DNA of 64,000 nt from Candidatus Hodarchaeota archaeon (GCA_016839815.1 JAEOTM010000076.1:7247-71246); one strand, 5' to 3'; shown: positions 18,275 through 27,712, numbered from the stretch's first letter. Notes: generated by a model from the sequence alone, not told the origin. Made by a program: numbers and translations.

Positions 18275-18667
18275 ATGAGTGTGATAACATCAATTACAGC
18301 AGTACTAGTAATTATAATCTTCATAGGACTTAGTATCTTTCAACTTCTCCTTGCTCTTGGAAAACCGTATGGGAAGGCAGCCTATGGAGGAAAGTAAGAA
18401 GTTTTACCTGATAATTTAAGAAGATTAAGTGTAATTACTCTCTTTATATTCTCAATTGCCACGATTTTCGTTGCAGTTCAAGCTGAATTTATTATAAACT
18501 TCCCATTTCCTGATATAGCCAATCTAGGTATCTGGGTTTTTGCGATATATTTAACAATTAACACGATTGCCAACTTTATGTCTCGGAGAGAATTGGAAAA
18601 GAAGATAATGACACCTTTGTCTTTTACTGCTGCGGTGTGCCTTTCCATAATAGGATTAAATCTATAA
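18275..18667 (+). pseudogene. small 4-TM membrane protein gene interrupted by one in-frame TAA (18395-18397)
   Basis: My translation: MSVITSITAVLVIIIFIGLSIFQLLLALGKPYGKAAYGGK*EVLPDNLRRLSVITLFIF...MTPLSFTAAVCLSIIGLNL. Both halves are in the same frame. GAGGA SD lies 7 nt before the ATG. Confidence 0.5.
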
Positions 18668-19954
18668 ATCGGTATTCACAGAATTTTGAAGAAGAAGACT
18701 AAATCCGATTAAACTTAAAAATTGGCTTATTCCCAAAATTAATTTGGAGAATAAAAAAGTAAATATACGAAAGATCATATCAGGTTCATCCATCTCTTGT
18801 GATGATAAAAGTATCAGTGAATCAGCAACAGAAACTGTTATTAAGAGTACCGGTACCAGTAAACAGGTAGTTAAAAGTATTCGCCCTGTCCTATTTCTTT
18901 CAAAGTTTTCTGGTCTTTGAACTGTTAGAAAGATGAGAATTAATATTACCAATGAAGGGATAATTGGAAATAGGTGTGCGAACGAGGGAAATAATCTTCC
19001 AGTTGTCGGTAATACAGGAGGAGGAGTAGCGAAATATTGTGGGTCGATATCATATTCCAAATTCTCTGTTAATATTGAGAGAATCCCTAGTGAAAATCCG
19101 GATATTAACCAGAAGTGAGGCTGTGTAAATAATCTGATTTTACTCAATGTTAACATACTCTCTTCAGGGATCTTGTTTTCTTGAAAACCTGATATTAAAG
19201 ACATAAGTAGGAATACAAGCGTATAAATTCCAAGCCAGATAAAGATTATTGAATTTCTTGTTATAATCGGAGATTGAAAGATTATTCCATGATCATACTG
19301 TTCATTGAAAATCCAAGTTGTTAAAATTCGAGGAAACTTATCATGATCAAAGCCAAAATTTAGAGCTGCAAACGCTATAGCAACACCAATGATGTACAAA
19401 ATCAATAGAGTAAAGGAATTATGAAAAGCGATTGAAAGGGATAATTTCTGACTTTTTATTTTCCATAGATAGGTAAATAAGTAAATCATTGGAAAAATAA
19501 GCACTATCCCATACATAAAGGAATATAATAAATCTAAATCTGTAAATATTGTTGTCGATATGCCTAAAAGTATAGTAAAGAGAACACCAACCCCTAATGT
19601 AATGTAAAGTAGTAGCAAAAAGTCTTTTCTAAATTTAAAACTCATATCTTCAGACTTTACTGAAATTGCTTCTTGAGGGTCTGATTCTAACTTAATCTCT
19701 CCATTCTCAAACTTAAGCAATAAGAAGTAGATTTTCTCTCCCAAAGGAGTTAATTCGTATAGACCACTAGTATTTTTGTGAATAAGAGAAGATAATTTCT
19801 CCAAATGAAATGATAATTTGCTAGTTGACTCTAATGATAGCTCCTTCAAAAAATCTGAAAAAGAACGCGGTTCATTATCGAGAAATTTTATAATATCGAC
19901 TCTAATAGGGTTTGCCACCAAGCTCAACAGTTTTGCTAAATCTTCTGAATCCAT
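18662..19954 (-). CDS. membrane-tethered ArsR-like wHTH protein (N-terminal HTH + about 8 TM helices)
   Basis: N-terminus LVANPIRVDIIKFLDNEPRSFSDFLKEL...LSFHLEKL...LYELTPLG is ArsR/wHTH-like. The remaining ~330 aa are polytopic membrane domain. Confidence 0.6.
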   Translation of the reverse strand: MDSEDLAKLLSLVANPIRVDIIKFLDNEPRSFSDFLKELSLESTSKLSFHLEKLSSLIHKNTSGLYELTPLGEKIYFLLLKFENGEIKLESDPQEAISVKSEDMSFKFRKDFLLLLYITLGVGVLFTILLGISTTIFTDLDLLYSFMYGIVLIFPMIYLFTYLWKIKSQKLSLSIAFHNSFTLLILYIIGVAIAFAALNFGFDHDKFPRILTTWIFNEQYDHGIIFQSPIITRNSIIFIWLGIYTLVFLLMSLISGFQENKIPEESMLTLSKIRLFTQPHFWLISGFSLGILSILTENLEYDIDPQYFATPPPVLPTTGRLFPSFAHLFPIIPSLVILILIFLTVQRPENFERNRTGRILLTTCLLVPVLLITVSVADSLILLSSQEMDEPDMIFRIFTFLFSKLILGISQFLSLIGFSLLLQNSVNTDL

Positions 19955-20176
19955 CCTGTTTCAAATGACCTGAAATCCCAAATTTTAAAATAATTTTGAC
20001 AATTTTATCCTGTCAGGTTTAATTGACTATTTGAATCCTCTGCTTGAATTTATAATTTTTCGCCATAGAACCATTCCCCCAATCCAAACTCTAGGAAATA
20101 GTCATTATTCTCTCAATATTCTGTACTTATTTGTTATTTTCTTCTACACACTCAAAGTATGTTTAATAATTAAAAT

Positions 20177-20719
20177 TTATTTTGATTCAGCCAAGTATTT
20201 TTCTAATATCTCATTAGTAGTTACTAATTTCGCAAAATAACCTCCAAGAACGTTATTATGATGCCTAATAATCTGCGAAGCCGAAAGATCTTCAGAATTC
20301 CAGGTACTATGGCAATCTTTCACTAGTAATACATTATACCCTAGAGTATAGGCACGTCTAACAGTCGTATCGATACAATATTCTGTTTGGAGACCAAGAA
20401 CTATTAGTGTTTGTACATTCATTGATTTTAGAACTACATCAAGTTCGGTTTTGAAAAATGAATCAGGTGTTGTTTTCTGAAGAACAACTTCATTGTTTTG
20501 GGGTTTAATACTAGGATGAATTTCCCATCCTTTAGTTCCAGGTTCATCTGGATCTCCTGTCCCACCCATATGTTGAATAAAAATTACTTTCGCTTTAACT
20601 TTTCTTGCTGCACTTAAAATTTCTCCTGTGTTTTCAAGTAGAAATTTTCCTTGGAATATTGGTGGTGAACCAACAAAGTTTCCCAATTGTAAATCCAAAA
20701 TAAGGAGAGTATGACTCAT
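20177..20719 (-). CDS. isochorismatase-family cysteine hydrolase
   Basis: LLILDLQ, VIFIQH and LIVLGLQTEYCIDTTVRRA (catalytic Cys) motifs. Confidence 0.8.
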   Translation of the reverse strand: MSHTLLILDLQLGNFVGSPPIFQGKFLLENTGEILSAARKVKAKVIFIQHMGGTGDPDEPGTKGWEIHPSIKPQNNEVVLQKTTPDSFFKTELDVVLKSMNVQTLIVLGLQTEYCIDTTVRRAYTLGYNVLLVKDCHSTWNSEDLSASQIIRHHNNVLGGYFAKLVTTNEILEKYLAESK

Positions 20720-20808
20720 CTAATTTCCCTTTTACAAAGACTGATTCAAAATGTCCTTTACGAAGAGGGAATAAAAAGTACTTTATCTTCATTATTTTTG
20801 TTTCATTT

Positions 20809-21237
20809 ATGGCAGAATTGAAGACAAAGAAGAATGATCTTAATGTAGAGGAATTCCTGAATTCAGTAACAGATCAAGAGAAGCGTAAGGATTGTTTTGA
20901 AGTACTGGAACTAATGAAATCAGTAACTCAGGAAGAACCTTCGATGTGGGGTGACAGTATTGTTGGATTCGGTGAATATCATTATAAGTACAAAAGTGGT
21001 CGAGAAGGTGATTGGCCCTTAATTGGATTCTCTCCTCGTAAACAGTACCTTACACTATACATCATGTCAGGTTTTGATCGCTACGATCATCTATTGTCTA
21101 AACTGGGAAAATACAAAACAGGAAAATCTTGTTTATATCTTAAAAAGCTTTCAGATGTGGATCACAATGTTCTGGAAAAGTTAGCTAGTGAATCGGTGGA
21201 ATATGTCAAGATTCATTTAGATTCTCGAAATGACTAG
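20809..21237 (+). CDS. DUF1801 (YdhG-like) domain protein
   Basis: VEEFLNSV...KRKDCFEVLELMKSVT...PSMWGDSIVGFGEYHYKYKSGREGDW...IGFSPRKQYLTLYI is the typical DUF1801 pattern. Confidence 0.65.
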   Translation: MAELKTKKNDLNVEEFLNSVTDQEKRKDCFEVLELMKSVTQEEPSMWGDSIVGFGEYHYKYKSGREGDWPLIGFSPRKQYLTLYIMSGFDRYDHLLSKLGKYKTGKSCLYLKKLSDVDHNVLEKLASESVEYVKIHLDSRND

Positions 21238-21415
21238 TAATATAACTATTAATTGCAAAACCTATCCCTTAACCCTTTTTAAACAAACCATACTCAAATC
21301 CTCAATTCGTATGGTAATTTTTCTTTTCTCTTCTCGCAGATCATATACTGCTTTCGTGGAGCTCTTAAACGGGAATGTATATTCTTTACACAAAACCTAA
21401 TCTGGTGAAGTGTGA

Positions 21416-22132
21416 TTGTCAACTGCTTCGTTGCTGTTTATTATTCTTGGAATTAGCATAATAATACTAGAATTGGTAATTATTAGAAAAAATTATATCA
21501 GTACTAATTCCAAAGTTGTAAGCAAAAAATATTATTTTTTACCAATAACTACAGTTATTAATGTAGGTATAGTTCTCCTAGGATTAATATTAGGTGTATC
21601 TATTGATTCTCCTTATGCAACCGCCATCTTATTAGGGATGAGTATTGGTCTTCTCGGTGATATAAACAATGTGTCAATTAATGACAATACACAAGCGTTT
21701 GTTGTTGGGAGTTTTATCTTCATTGTAAGTTATTTATTTTATACGATAGCCCTTCTTTATACAAGTGGAGGATTTTTTCTTCCGTTGGACATTTTAATAC
21801 TCAGTGGTGCTCTTCTCCTCTATACATTATCCCTAAAATCAAACTGGGATGCTACTTATATTCATCAAATGGGTAAATTTCGCGTAATAACCTGTTTTTA
21901 TCCAATTATGCTTTTATATCTCTTATCACGAGCTATTATTAATTGGTTTGGAAGCATATTGCCTTTAGTAAGTGTGATTATACTTACATCAGGATTATTC
22001 CTTATTTTTATTACAGATATTGAATTCTCCATGAATAAGTTCTTCAAACCCATGGACAGGATGATTGGTCCGATACTATATCCTCTTGGACAGTTAGCAA
22101 TTGCTTTATCCACTATTGTTTTACCGATATAA
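21416..22132 (+). CDS. YhhN-family (lysoplasmalogenase-like) membrane protein (tentative)
   Basis: 238 aa with about 8 TM helices. IGLLGDI and LIFITDIEFSMNKF resemble the two YhhN GD/SD motifs. TTG start. Confidence 0.45.
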   Translation: MSTASLLFIILGISIIILELVIIRKNYISTNSKVVSKKYYFLPITTVINVGIVLLGLILGVSIDSPYATAILLGMSIGLLGDINNVSINDNTQAFVVGSFIFIVSYLFYTIALLYTSGGFFLPLDILILSGALLLYTLSLKSNWDATYIHQMGKFRVITCFYPIMLLYLLSRAIINWFGSILPLVSVIILTSGLFLIFITDIEFSMNKFFKPMDRMIGPILYPLGQLAIALSTIVLPI

Positions 22133-22161
22133 CGGAAAAATATCCTCATTCCTTACAGTGA

Positions 22162-22986
22162 TTAAAAAGGGCGCGGAGGTAATTGATCCTTTATTCCTTC
22201 ATAGAGCTGGGAATTAATTTTATTCAACAAGGTCTCTAGGTAGGGTTTAATATCATTATTGTAGAAGAAACGACACATTAACAGAAAGTCAGTATTTTCT
22301 CCAATTCGTTTAATAATCCATCCCTCACGATCCATTTCTTCTAATTCATCAGATTCAGTTCGTATGGCTTCTAACCATAAGTCTTTTCCAGAAGGAATAA
22401 TAGGTATAAACGACTGAAAAATTGCCCGTTCATTCGGATTATTTTTACCAAAGTTCTTAATTATTCCTTCATCCAGATCTGCTATATATAGACTAAGAAA
22501 CCGCATACCCATCATATTTTTTGCTTCAAAACGGTTGATTTCAGCAGTAATTGAATCCGAGAGGGAATCTGGAAAATGTTGGGAAAACTGAATAATTGTT
22601 TTCATTCGTTTCTGTTCATTGGCTGGGATAACGCTTAGTTTAGAGAAATTTGAATCAATTATTGTTGATAAAAAAACGTTCAAATTTTTGTCTATTGCAT
22701 CAATTTTAGCTTTTGTATAGCCTACATTATCATAAATATCCTGTAGTACGATATAGGCTATTGGTATGGTGTTTTCTTCCTTCGGATTGTACATAACTAA
22801 CTGAAATTCAGCTAGATGAACGCTACGTAAGGATCCTTCGCCTGCAAATTCTCTAGAAAATGCTGTCAATGCACTTACTAATGGCCAGAGGAGAGTTGGA
22901 TCTATTTTCAATTTAATATCCTTATTCACAAAGATTTCGTGGCCTATCCCAGTTTCAATGTTACAAATAGCAAAAAGATGAATCAT
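22162..22986 (-). CDS. hypothetical protein; possible tandem longin/roadblock-like alpha/beta domains
   Basis: MIHLFAICNIETGIGHEIF...DPTLLWPLVSALTAFSREF...LRSVHLAEFQLVMY...IAYIVLQD, with a second similar stretch RFLSLYIADLDEGIIKNF. Pattern-level call only. Confidence 0.4.
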   Translation of the reverse strand: MIHLFAICNIETGIGHEIFVNKDIKLKIDPTLLWPLVSALTAFSREFAGEGSLRSVHLAEFQLVMYNPKEENTIPIAYIVLQDIYDNVGYTKAKIDAIDKNLNVFLSTIIDSNFSKLSVIPANEQKRMKTIIQFSQHFPDSLSDSITAEINRFEAKNMMGMRFLSLYIADLDEGIIKNFGKNNPNERAIFQSFIPIIPSGKDLWLEAIRTESDELEEMDREGWIIKRIGENTDFLLMCRFFYNNDIKPYLETLLNKINSQLYEGIKDQLPPRPF

Positions 22987-23078
22987 TTCAAATTTTCACA
23001 CACTACTTCTTCCTTTTATAGGACTATTGTATGAGTGATGAATCATAATGTATATTAGTATGATATAAAACAATACTA

Positions 23079-23100
23079 TACCGTATTATCGTATATCGTA
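23079..23100. promoter_or_regulatory. heptamer repeats upstream of the PNPOx-MarR operon (candidate operator)
   Basis: taCCGTATTATCGTATATCGTA contains TATCGTA twice in tandem plus a related ACCGTAT, 23-44 nt upstream of ATG 23123. A-T-rich TATA-like elements flank it. Confidence 0.2.
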
Positions 23101-23122
23101 CAAATATTTAAACGGGTTCACG

Positions 23123-23584
23123 ATGAATGAAAAAGAAATGAAAGACTTTAGTGCTAAGTTGATGCAAGAATCAAAGACGGCATGCTTCACAACAATTGAT
23201 AAAAACGGGTACCCTCATACGAGGGCTGTATTTAATCTTAGAAATAAAGAACAGTTTCCAGAGCTTGTTAAAATTTTTGATGCTCATAAAGAAGACCTCT
23301 TAATTTATATCTCTACAAATACTTCATCATCAAAAGTAGCACACATCCAAAGTAATACAGCTGTTTCTCTCTGTATTAGTGATCCTGAAAACTTCAGAGG
23401 ACTCACACTGGGAGGAGCCATTGAAATTGTGACAGATAAAAACATAAAGAGTGCGCTATGGCTTGATTGGTGGGATAGATATTATCCGAAAGGCAAAGAA
23501 GATGAAGACTATACTATCCTGAAGTTGATTCCGAAAACTGTTGAGGTTTGGTACAAAGGTAAGTTTAAATTTCAATTTACGTGA
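23123..23584 (+). CDS. pyridoxamine 5'-phosphate oxidase-like FMN-binding split-barrel protein
   Basis: 153 aa. CFTTIDKNGYPHTRAV...ISTNTSSSKVAHIQSN..V.L...GLTLGG.IEIV pattern matches general-stress-protein-26/PNPOx-like proteins. Confidence 0.65.
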   Translation: MNEKEMKDFSAKLMQESKTACFTTIDKNGYPHTRAVFNLRNKEQFPELVKIFDAHKEDLLIYISTNTSSSKVAHIQSNTAVSLCISDPENFRGLTLGGAIEIVTDKNIKSALWLDWWDRYYPKGKEDEDYTILKLIPKTVEVWYKGKFKFQFT

Positions 23585-24048
23585 AGTGTATGAGTTCTAT
23601 GAAAGACCAGCGTGCTGCTGGTTATTTAATTGCTAAAATTCACCAACGTAGTGGACGGATCTTTACAAAAAAACTAAAGACTCACCAAATCCAAGATATT
23701 AATCCTGCTCAAGGAAGGATACTATTTGCCCTATGGAAACAAGATGGTTTATCCATAATAGAACTTGCAAAAGAAACTGGACTTAGTAAATCAACTTTGA
23801 CATCTATGCTGGATCGTCTGGAATCCTCCGATCATATTAAACGAATTCATTCAACAGAAGATAGAAGGAAAATACTTGTTTACATAACAGATAAAAATAA
23901 ATCCCTCCAATCAAAATATGTGCAGGTTTCTCAAGAGATGACTGAAATTTATTATGAGAATTTTACAGAAAAGGAGCGAGATCAGCTTGAAAGCTATTTA
24001 GGACGTCTGCTTGATAATCTAGTGAAAGAAGAAAATCAAGATCTATGA
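23581..24048 (+). CDS. MarR-family transcriptional regulator
   Basis: INPAQGRILFALWKQDGLSIIELAKETGLSKSTLTSMLDRLESSDHIKRIHSTEDRRKILVYITDK is a classic MarR wHTH. GTGA overlap with the upstream stop; an alternative ATG is at 23590. Confidence 0.8.
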   Translation: MKCMSSMKDQRAAGYLIAKIHQRSGRIFTKKLKTHQIQDINPAQGRILFALWKQDGLSIIELAKETGLSKSTLTSMLDRLESSDHIKRIHSTEDRRKILVYITDKNKSLQSKYVQVSQEMTEIYYENFTEKERDQLESYLGRLLDNLVKEENQDL

Positions 24049-24623
24049 GTCGAAGATCCACACTTCGGACAGTATCGCTCATTAAATTCAATGATTGCTC
24101 CACAAGTTGAACAAAAAAGTTCTGTATTCTGATAGCTATCCCTAATTGGTGAACGCAAATCTCCAAGCGACTGTTGAAATACTTCTCGTTCTTTTTGAAT
24201 AGCTCTTGATCTTCTTGGCTTTGTAAACCGAAATGTAACCAAATATATCCCTACGAAGATGATAGGAATAAGAATGAACATTGGTACAAAGACCCAGAAT
24301 ATTATACTAAAACTCTGTGAATCACCAATAAACATGAAAAGAAACGCCAGAATAAAAAGGAAAAAACCAATAAAGATCGCAACAAAAATTAGTGGGAAAA
24401 CTATCCCAATCCTGTTTGAGGTTGCCTGTCTTTTTTCCTCGGCTTCATAATAACAATTCGGACAAAGTACCGTTTTTGGAGAAAAAATATCTGGCCTTTG
24501 AATTCGGGTTCTATTGGCACGAAGTATCTTCTTACACTCTAAGCAAATATAAATGGAACAATTTTCGCATTTGTCAACAGCATTTCGATTAGGATGATAA
24601 CTGCAAGAAAATTCGGAGCTCAT
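24036..24623 (-). CDS. membrane protein with N-terminal B-box-like and C-terminal zinc-ribbon Cys clusters
   Basis: CSYHPNRNAVDKCENCSIYICLECKK, CPNCYYE, two TM helices, then CSTCGAIIEFNERYCPKCG. Confidence 0.6.
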   Translation of the reverse strand: MSSEFSCSYHPNRNAVDKCENCSIYICLECKKILRANRTRIQRPDIFSPKTVLCPNCYYEAEEKRQATSNRIGIVFPLIFVAIFIGFFLFILAFLFMFIGDSQSFSIIFWVFVPMFILIPIIFVGIYLVTFRFTKPRRSRAIQKEREVFQQSLGDLRSPIRDSYQNTELFCSTCGAIIEFNERYCPKCGSSTHRS

Positions 24624-24687
24624 ATCTTCTCAGGGGTCTAGTCTTATTCTTAACGAAAAAGCTTTCTGAACTGGATTTTCGAAAGAA

Positions 24688-25305
24688 TTATGCGAAACAT
24701 TCTTTCTTGGAGTTCCTTTTCAATGCACCAAAAAAGGCCAGAGATAATAGGAAAGGCCAGACTTCGATATTTGTGATTTGGTTATTTGTTATTGTGGTTT
24801 CATTTAGTGTAAAAGTATAATTTATTGTTACGTTTTCCAATCCCCCAATAATATGAATTCTAATTGTTTCTGAATCTGCCTTATGGAACTCTTGATATTT
24901 CCACGCAAGGGGAACAAGGTTAAATTCCAATGTTTCCCATAAAAGAGCCTCACATGAATCATTGTTTGCATCATGACTTAGAAGAACGTAAGTTTGAGCA
25001 GGAGAGGATGCTAAATACTCATTGGATCCAATTAGACGAAAAATATGATCCTCACATCCTCCCCCATACGTGATGTTAATCGTTAGGATGTCACCATCAA
25101 GAAAAAGACTCATAATAGTGAAAGAGTCTCTTGGTGCTGATTGATAGAGAGAATTATCCAAGAGAATATCGGTTGCATCTTGATTTATTGAGAAAGTGGA
25201 TTTGTATCCTCCGACCATTATTAGATTTGTCATAATCATACATAGTAAAAGAAAAGTTGTTTTCTCACAAGGTATCCGCATCTCATTACCCTTCTTAATT
25301 CTCAT
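24688..25305 (-). CDS. secreted/anchored protein, paralog A of a YGGGC-DH domain family
   Basis: Track ORF runs to 25506 but would overlap the GNAT gene. Plausible starts are 25305 or 25281, the latter with a GGTAA-like SD. NSLYQSAPRDS...ITYGGGCEDHIFRL...LLSHDANNDSCEA. C-terminal TM + basic tail. Confidence 0.55.
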   Translation of the reverse strand: MRIKKGNEMRIPCEKTTFLLLCMIMTNLIMVGGYKSTFSINQDATDILLDNSLYQSAPRDSFTIMSLFLDGDILTINITYGGGCEDHIFRLIGSNEYLASSPAQTYVLLSHDANNDSCEALLWETLEFNLVPLAWKYQEFHKADSETIRIHIIGGLENVTINYTFTLNETTITNNQITNIEVWPFLLSLAFFGALKRNSKKECFA

Positions 25306-25389
25306 GAGGGGGATTAGTTCGATAGTATAAAAAGTTTCAAGAGAAATCGAAAAAGCAAATTCCTCGATCAAGTCTGATGGGAAAAAACG

Positions 25390-25932
25390 ATGATGATTGG
25401 AGAAAAAGAAGGAGTAGTTCTTCGGTATGCGGAAAAGAAAGATTTTCCAGAGATAGATGAAATTACGGTTGTATGCTATTCTGAAATTTACGAGAGCTTT
25501 GTACAAAGAGTAGGCGAAGAAGTGTTTAAAGGAATATATTTTAACCCCGAGCTACCTTGGCCTGAAAGCAAAACAACTCAAAATCACAAATTGTATTCAG
25601 AACATCCAGAATGGATATGGGTATTGGAGAATCAAGAGGGAGTTTTTGGATATGTTTCTTTTATACTAAGACCAGAAAAAAACTATGGTATAATTGAGAA
25701 CAATGGGATTCTTCCTTCATACACAGGTGAAGGTTGGGGAAAATATATGTACAGACATGTACTTAAATTCTTCCGATCGTCTGGTCTCAGATTTGCACTT
25801 GTCGAGACGGGTTTAGATGATGCACATATTCCCGCTCGTCGGGCATATGAGGGAGTAGGGTTTGATCATCAGGATCGCATTACAGTTTATTACCAGGATT
25901 TAGATATGAATAATCCAGGATCAGAGATTTAA
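25390..25932 (+). CDS. GNAT-family N-acetyltransferase
   Basis: LPSYTGEGWGKYMYRHVLKFFRSSGLRFALVETGLDDAHIPARRAYEGVGF is an acetyl-CoA binding motif A-like segment. Confidence 0.75.
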   Translation: MMIGEKEGVVLRYAEKKDFPEIDEITVVCYSEIYESFVQRVGEEVFKGIYFNPELPWPESKTTQNHKLYSEHPEWIWVLENQEGVFGYVSFILRPEKNYGIIENNGILPSYTGEGWGKYMYRHVLKFFRSSGLRFALVETGLDDAHIPARRAYEGVGFDHQDRITVYYQDLDMNNPGSEI

Positions 25933-25962
25933 ATATTAAAAATCAATGTAATCTCGCTTATC

Positions 25963-26439
25963 TTAGAATGAGAAGTCGATTCCTATATAATCTGTCCCAC
26001 CTTCGATCCTCAGATGGATCGTCGCTGAAGTCTCCCTATATAGTTCCTGATATCGCTCTTTTAACGGATTTAAATTAAAGCTGAACAATTCGGTGAAAAA
26101 TGCTTCGCACATATCGTCATTTGATTCATGACTGAATAAGACGGGTGTTTGGACAGGATAAGACTCTAACCATGAATCAGAGGCAATTAATCGAAATAAA
26201 TGATCTTTACATCCTCCACCATAAGAGACATTAATTACTATTTTCTTCCCTATAATCGAGACATCATTAATTAAAACACTGTCACGAGGAGCAGATTGAT
26301 ATAAGGAATTGTTTACGATAATATCCTCACTTTCTAGAAAAAATACAGGATTCATTATAAATGCTCCAACAACAATCAAACCCAGAAGTCCCACGGTGAT
26401 AAAAGACCCTATTACTAGCTTCAGTGAAATTGACATCAA
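25963..26439 (-). CDS. secreted protein, paralog B of the YGGGC-DH domain family
   Basis: About 50% identical by eye to 24688..25305 over ~115 aa: NSLYQSAPRDS...VSYGGGCKDHLFRL...LFSHESNDDMCEA...FNLNPL. N-terminal TM/signal; no C-terminal anchor. Confidence 0.6.
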   Translation of the reverse strand: MMSISLKLVIGSFITVGLLGLIVVGAFIMNPVFFLESEDIIVNNSLYQSAPRDSVLINDVSIIGKKIVINVSYGGGCKDHLFRLIASDSWLESYPVQTPVLFSHESNDDMCEAFFTELFSFNLNPLKERYQELYRETSATIHLRIEGGTDYIGIDFSF

Positions 26440-26578
26440 AATATCTCCATATTTTTGAGAAGAGTCATTTTTAGAGATTCTCTTCAGGAATACCTAGAAG
26501 TGTAAATGCAATAAGTGCTTATTTGTGTAGGAAAGAACACTAGCAATAGTCCTCCCCAACACTTAAGCTAAACGTAGA

Positions 26579-27712
26579 TTATTTTAATTTTGTATAGAGC
26601 TGGGAAGCTCTATCTTTGTAATTCTGAACCGCGGGTTGGTCAAATGGATTAGATCCTTTTAATTGGCATAATCTAATTGTTAACGCATGAAAAAAACCCA
26701 CACATTTAGCTGTTTCTGCAACGGTATTTTTTTCTAGTTCTATCTGAAATACTGGCCCAGGAAAAGTATCAGCAACGGCCTTAGAGGTGATATTCAAATG
26801 TTGTCCTGCCTTCGCCTTTATTCCAGGTACAATTTTCCCTAGTTTTTTTGGAAAGTCTTCCTCCACTAGATCGTTGAGATATTCGCTGCAGAATATTGAA
26901 AAGAGAAAAGAATCGTTAATCCCACCATACCATCGTTGTACATCTGAATGAGCACTTCGAGGCATTAGATGTAATGATGTATCTAAAGCATCACTAGAAT
27001 GTTTTGGGACAGATTCATTCAAGAGTTGTGTTAATAAAATTCCTAAACCATTAGTATAATGACCAGAAGGAAGAATCTTGGCCTTAGAAATGCCCGATTG
27101 TTCTAAATTCCAAATCTTAATAGCTGCTTCTTCTGCCGAGGAACCTTTCTTAAAAAATTTCCCATAACTCTTCTTTAAATTCGATAAGAATTCATCTGGA
27201 TCGAGCCCCATTGCAATCATTGGAACAACACCTAATTCATTCTGGATTGCGAATCGACCTGAAATATCATGAGTAACAGAGACGATGGACCACCCGAACT
27301 GGTTTGCGACTTCCAATAAGGCTCCACCGTTGGTAACAACAAGAGAATCATAATCCATAAGATAAGGAATAAAACTTAGTACTTCATTTGTCGTGCCTGA
27401 ACGTGAGCAATATATAACACGAGTATCTTTGATGTCCTGTTTCAGAAAATCATTCAAGATATAAGGATCTGGAACTTCCAGATGTGTAGTAGGAAAGGAG
27501 CAATGTGGTTTGAATATTAAGGGTTGAACTTGAGAACCACCAATACCAACTATTCCCAGGTGTTTATATTCACCCAATACACTTGGAACGCTTGTTTTTA
27601 GTTGTTTAGCTCGTGAAATAAACTCATTCATTTTTTTAACAAAGTCAGGAATAAGAAATGAGTCCATCTCTGATGGAGGTTCATTAAAGTTTTCTGGAAC
27701 GACAATTTTCAT
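26579..27712 (-). CDS. pgi: glucose-6-phosphate isomerase-like (SIS/PGI family) protein
   Basis: GIVGIGGSQVQP, CSRSGTTNEVLS and ISGRFAIQNELGVVP resemble the PGI GIGGS, SKSGTT and GGRYS motifs. 377 aa (short archaeal-type length). Confidence 0.6.
   Translation of the reverse strand: MKIVVPENFNEPPSEMDSFLIPDFVKKMNEFISRAKQLKTSVPSVLGEYKHLGIVGIGGSQVQPLIFKPHCSFPTTHLEVPDPYILNDFLKQDIKDTRVIYCSRSGTTNEVLSFIPYLMDYDSLVVTNGGALLEVANQFGWSIVSVTHDISGRFAIQNELGVVPMIAMGLDPDEFLSNLKKSYGKFFKKGSSAEEAAIKIWNLEQSGISKAKILPSGHYTNGLGILLTQLLNESVPKHSSDALDTSLHLMPRSAHSDVQRWYGGINDSFLFSIFCSEYLNDLVEEDFPKKLGKIVPGIKAKAGQHLNITSKAVADTFPGPVFQIELEKNTVAETAKCVGFFHALTIRLCQLKGSNPFDQPAVQNYKDRASQLYTKLK

Noticed and set aside
20031-20240. 69-aa plus-strand ORF in or next to the isochorismatase gene 3' end.
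   Set aside because: It has a low-complexity hydrophobic product and a TTG start, overlaps the convergent supported CDS, and has no SD.
25306-25506. N-terminal 67-codon extension of the track ORF 24688..25506.
   Set aside because: The extension overlaps the oppositely oriented GNAT gene by >100 nt and has odd composition (FFFSNHHRFF). The signal/anchor sequence begins right after the internal Met codons at 25305/25281.
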